The notes under the pieces were generated by a model. It had not been told where the DNA came from. It did no database searches and worked only from the letters and a program-made list of their open reading frames with translations. A stretch of 64,000 nt of DNA from the NCBI GenBank assembly GCA_902569095.1, contig CACFSX010000002.1, positions 40,161-104,160 on the forward strand, written 5' to 3'. The translations under genes were made by a program, and so were the position numbers. Shown piece by piece: positions 63,497 through 64,000 of this stretch (position 1 is the stretch's first letter; the number at the start of each line of letters is the position of its first letter). This stretch comes from an uncultured Alphaproteobacteria bacterium. Its GTDB lineage: Bacteria > Pseudomonadota > Alphaproteobacteria > Methylaequorales > Methylaequoraceae.

Positions 63497-63916
63497 TCAT
63501 ATTTTAAAGAGTAAATCCCAACCAGTAATAAGCACCATTAGGTTTAAAAATGCTATTATAGCAGGGGCGACATAGCCTTCAGCAGATGTCTTTACACCGT
63601 CAACAGTACCCCAATAACTATGGATAGTTTGAAAGCAAACAACTGCCCCGATACATGCTTGCACAAAACCATAGACAAACAGTAACCAAGCACCTTCGAT
63701 AGAAGTGAGTAAAGCAATAGCTAAGGTGACTGCAAAGCCAGCAGCAAAAGTGCCCACAAGTCTTGTCATTATTGCGCTGCCTTCACCAAAGCCATATTTC
63801 TCAATGTACTTGCGTGTTTGGAAAATACATTGATAAGCATAAATCAAATTTCCAAATATTATTAACGCTATGAGTACAAAAATTAGCATTTCAGTAAATC
63901 TCCCTAACCCTCTCAA
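63497..63916 (-). CDS. Four-TM membrane protein, hypothetical
   Basis: 139 aa, strongly hydrophobic. Confidence 0.5.
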   Translation of the reverse strand: MRGLGRFTEMLIFVLIALIIFGNLIYAYQCIFQTRKYIEKYGFGEGSAIMTRLVGTFAAGFAVTLAIALLTSIEGAWLLFVYGFVQACIGAVVCFQTIHSYWGTVDGVKTSAEGYVAPAIIAFLNLMVLITGWDLLFKI

Positions 63917-64000
63917 ATGGGAAACAAATTATCAATCATTTACGTATACTATTCAAAATGTAATTGAAAAAGTATTATTTTAATAAATAATCTACCAAAT

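Overview
AT-rich (roughly 30% GC by eye), tightly packed alphaproteobacterial chromosome segment. Gene content and order (rlpA-dacA-tmk-holB-metG-tatD, recQ, panD, cspA, mmsA/acuI/cysQ, many tiny secreted proteins) look SAR11/Pelagibacterales-like. There are four intact tRNA genes: Pro-UGG, Arg-UCU, Thr-UGU and Ser-UGA. The standout is a ~15.8 kb integrative island (19976-35776) in tRNA-Thr, bounded by a perfect 58-bp direct repeat. It carries a P4-type tyrosine integrase, an AlpA/Xis-like HTH and a tightly coupled 7.9 kb seven-gene operon (21907-29806). That operon encodes three ParB/Srx-fold proteins (one fused to an AlbA_2/Schlafen-like domain), a small PD-(D/E)XK-like protein, an SNF2 helicase, a B12-binding-domain-type radical SAM enzyme and a GHKL (MORC/Hsp90-like) ATPase. 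I cannot match this gene set to any named defence or DNA-modification system, so I flag it as the candidate undescribed system. A second AlbA_2 protein (Sel1/TPR fusion) sits at the other end of the island. Other notable items: a 16-bp repeat of the tRNA-Ser 3' end bounds an integrase-less metY+monooxygenase islet. TAACTAT-type repeat arrays lie next to both tRNA insertion sites. An unannotated 25-aa PqqA-like peptide gene has a strong SD and no pqqBCDE nearby. A GC-rich Pro/Gly/Asp/Met repeat protein runs off the left edge next to a TolC gene. All domain calls come from motif recognition by eye; no searches were run.
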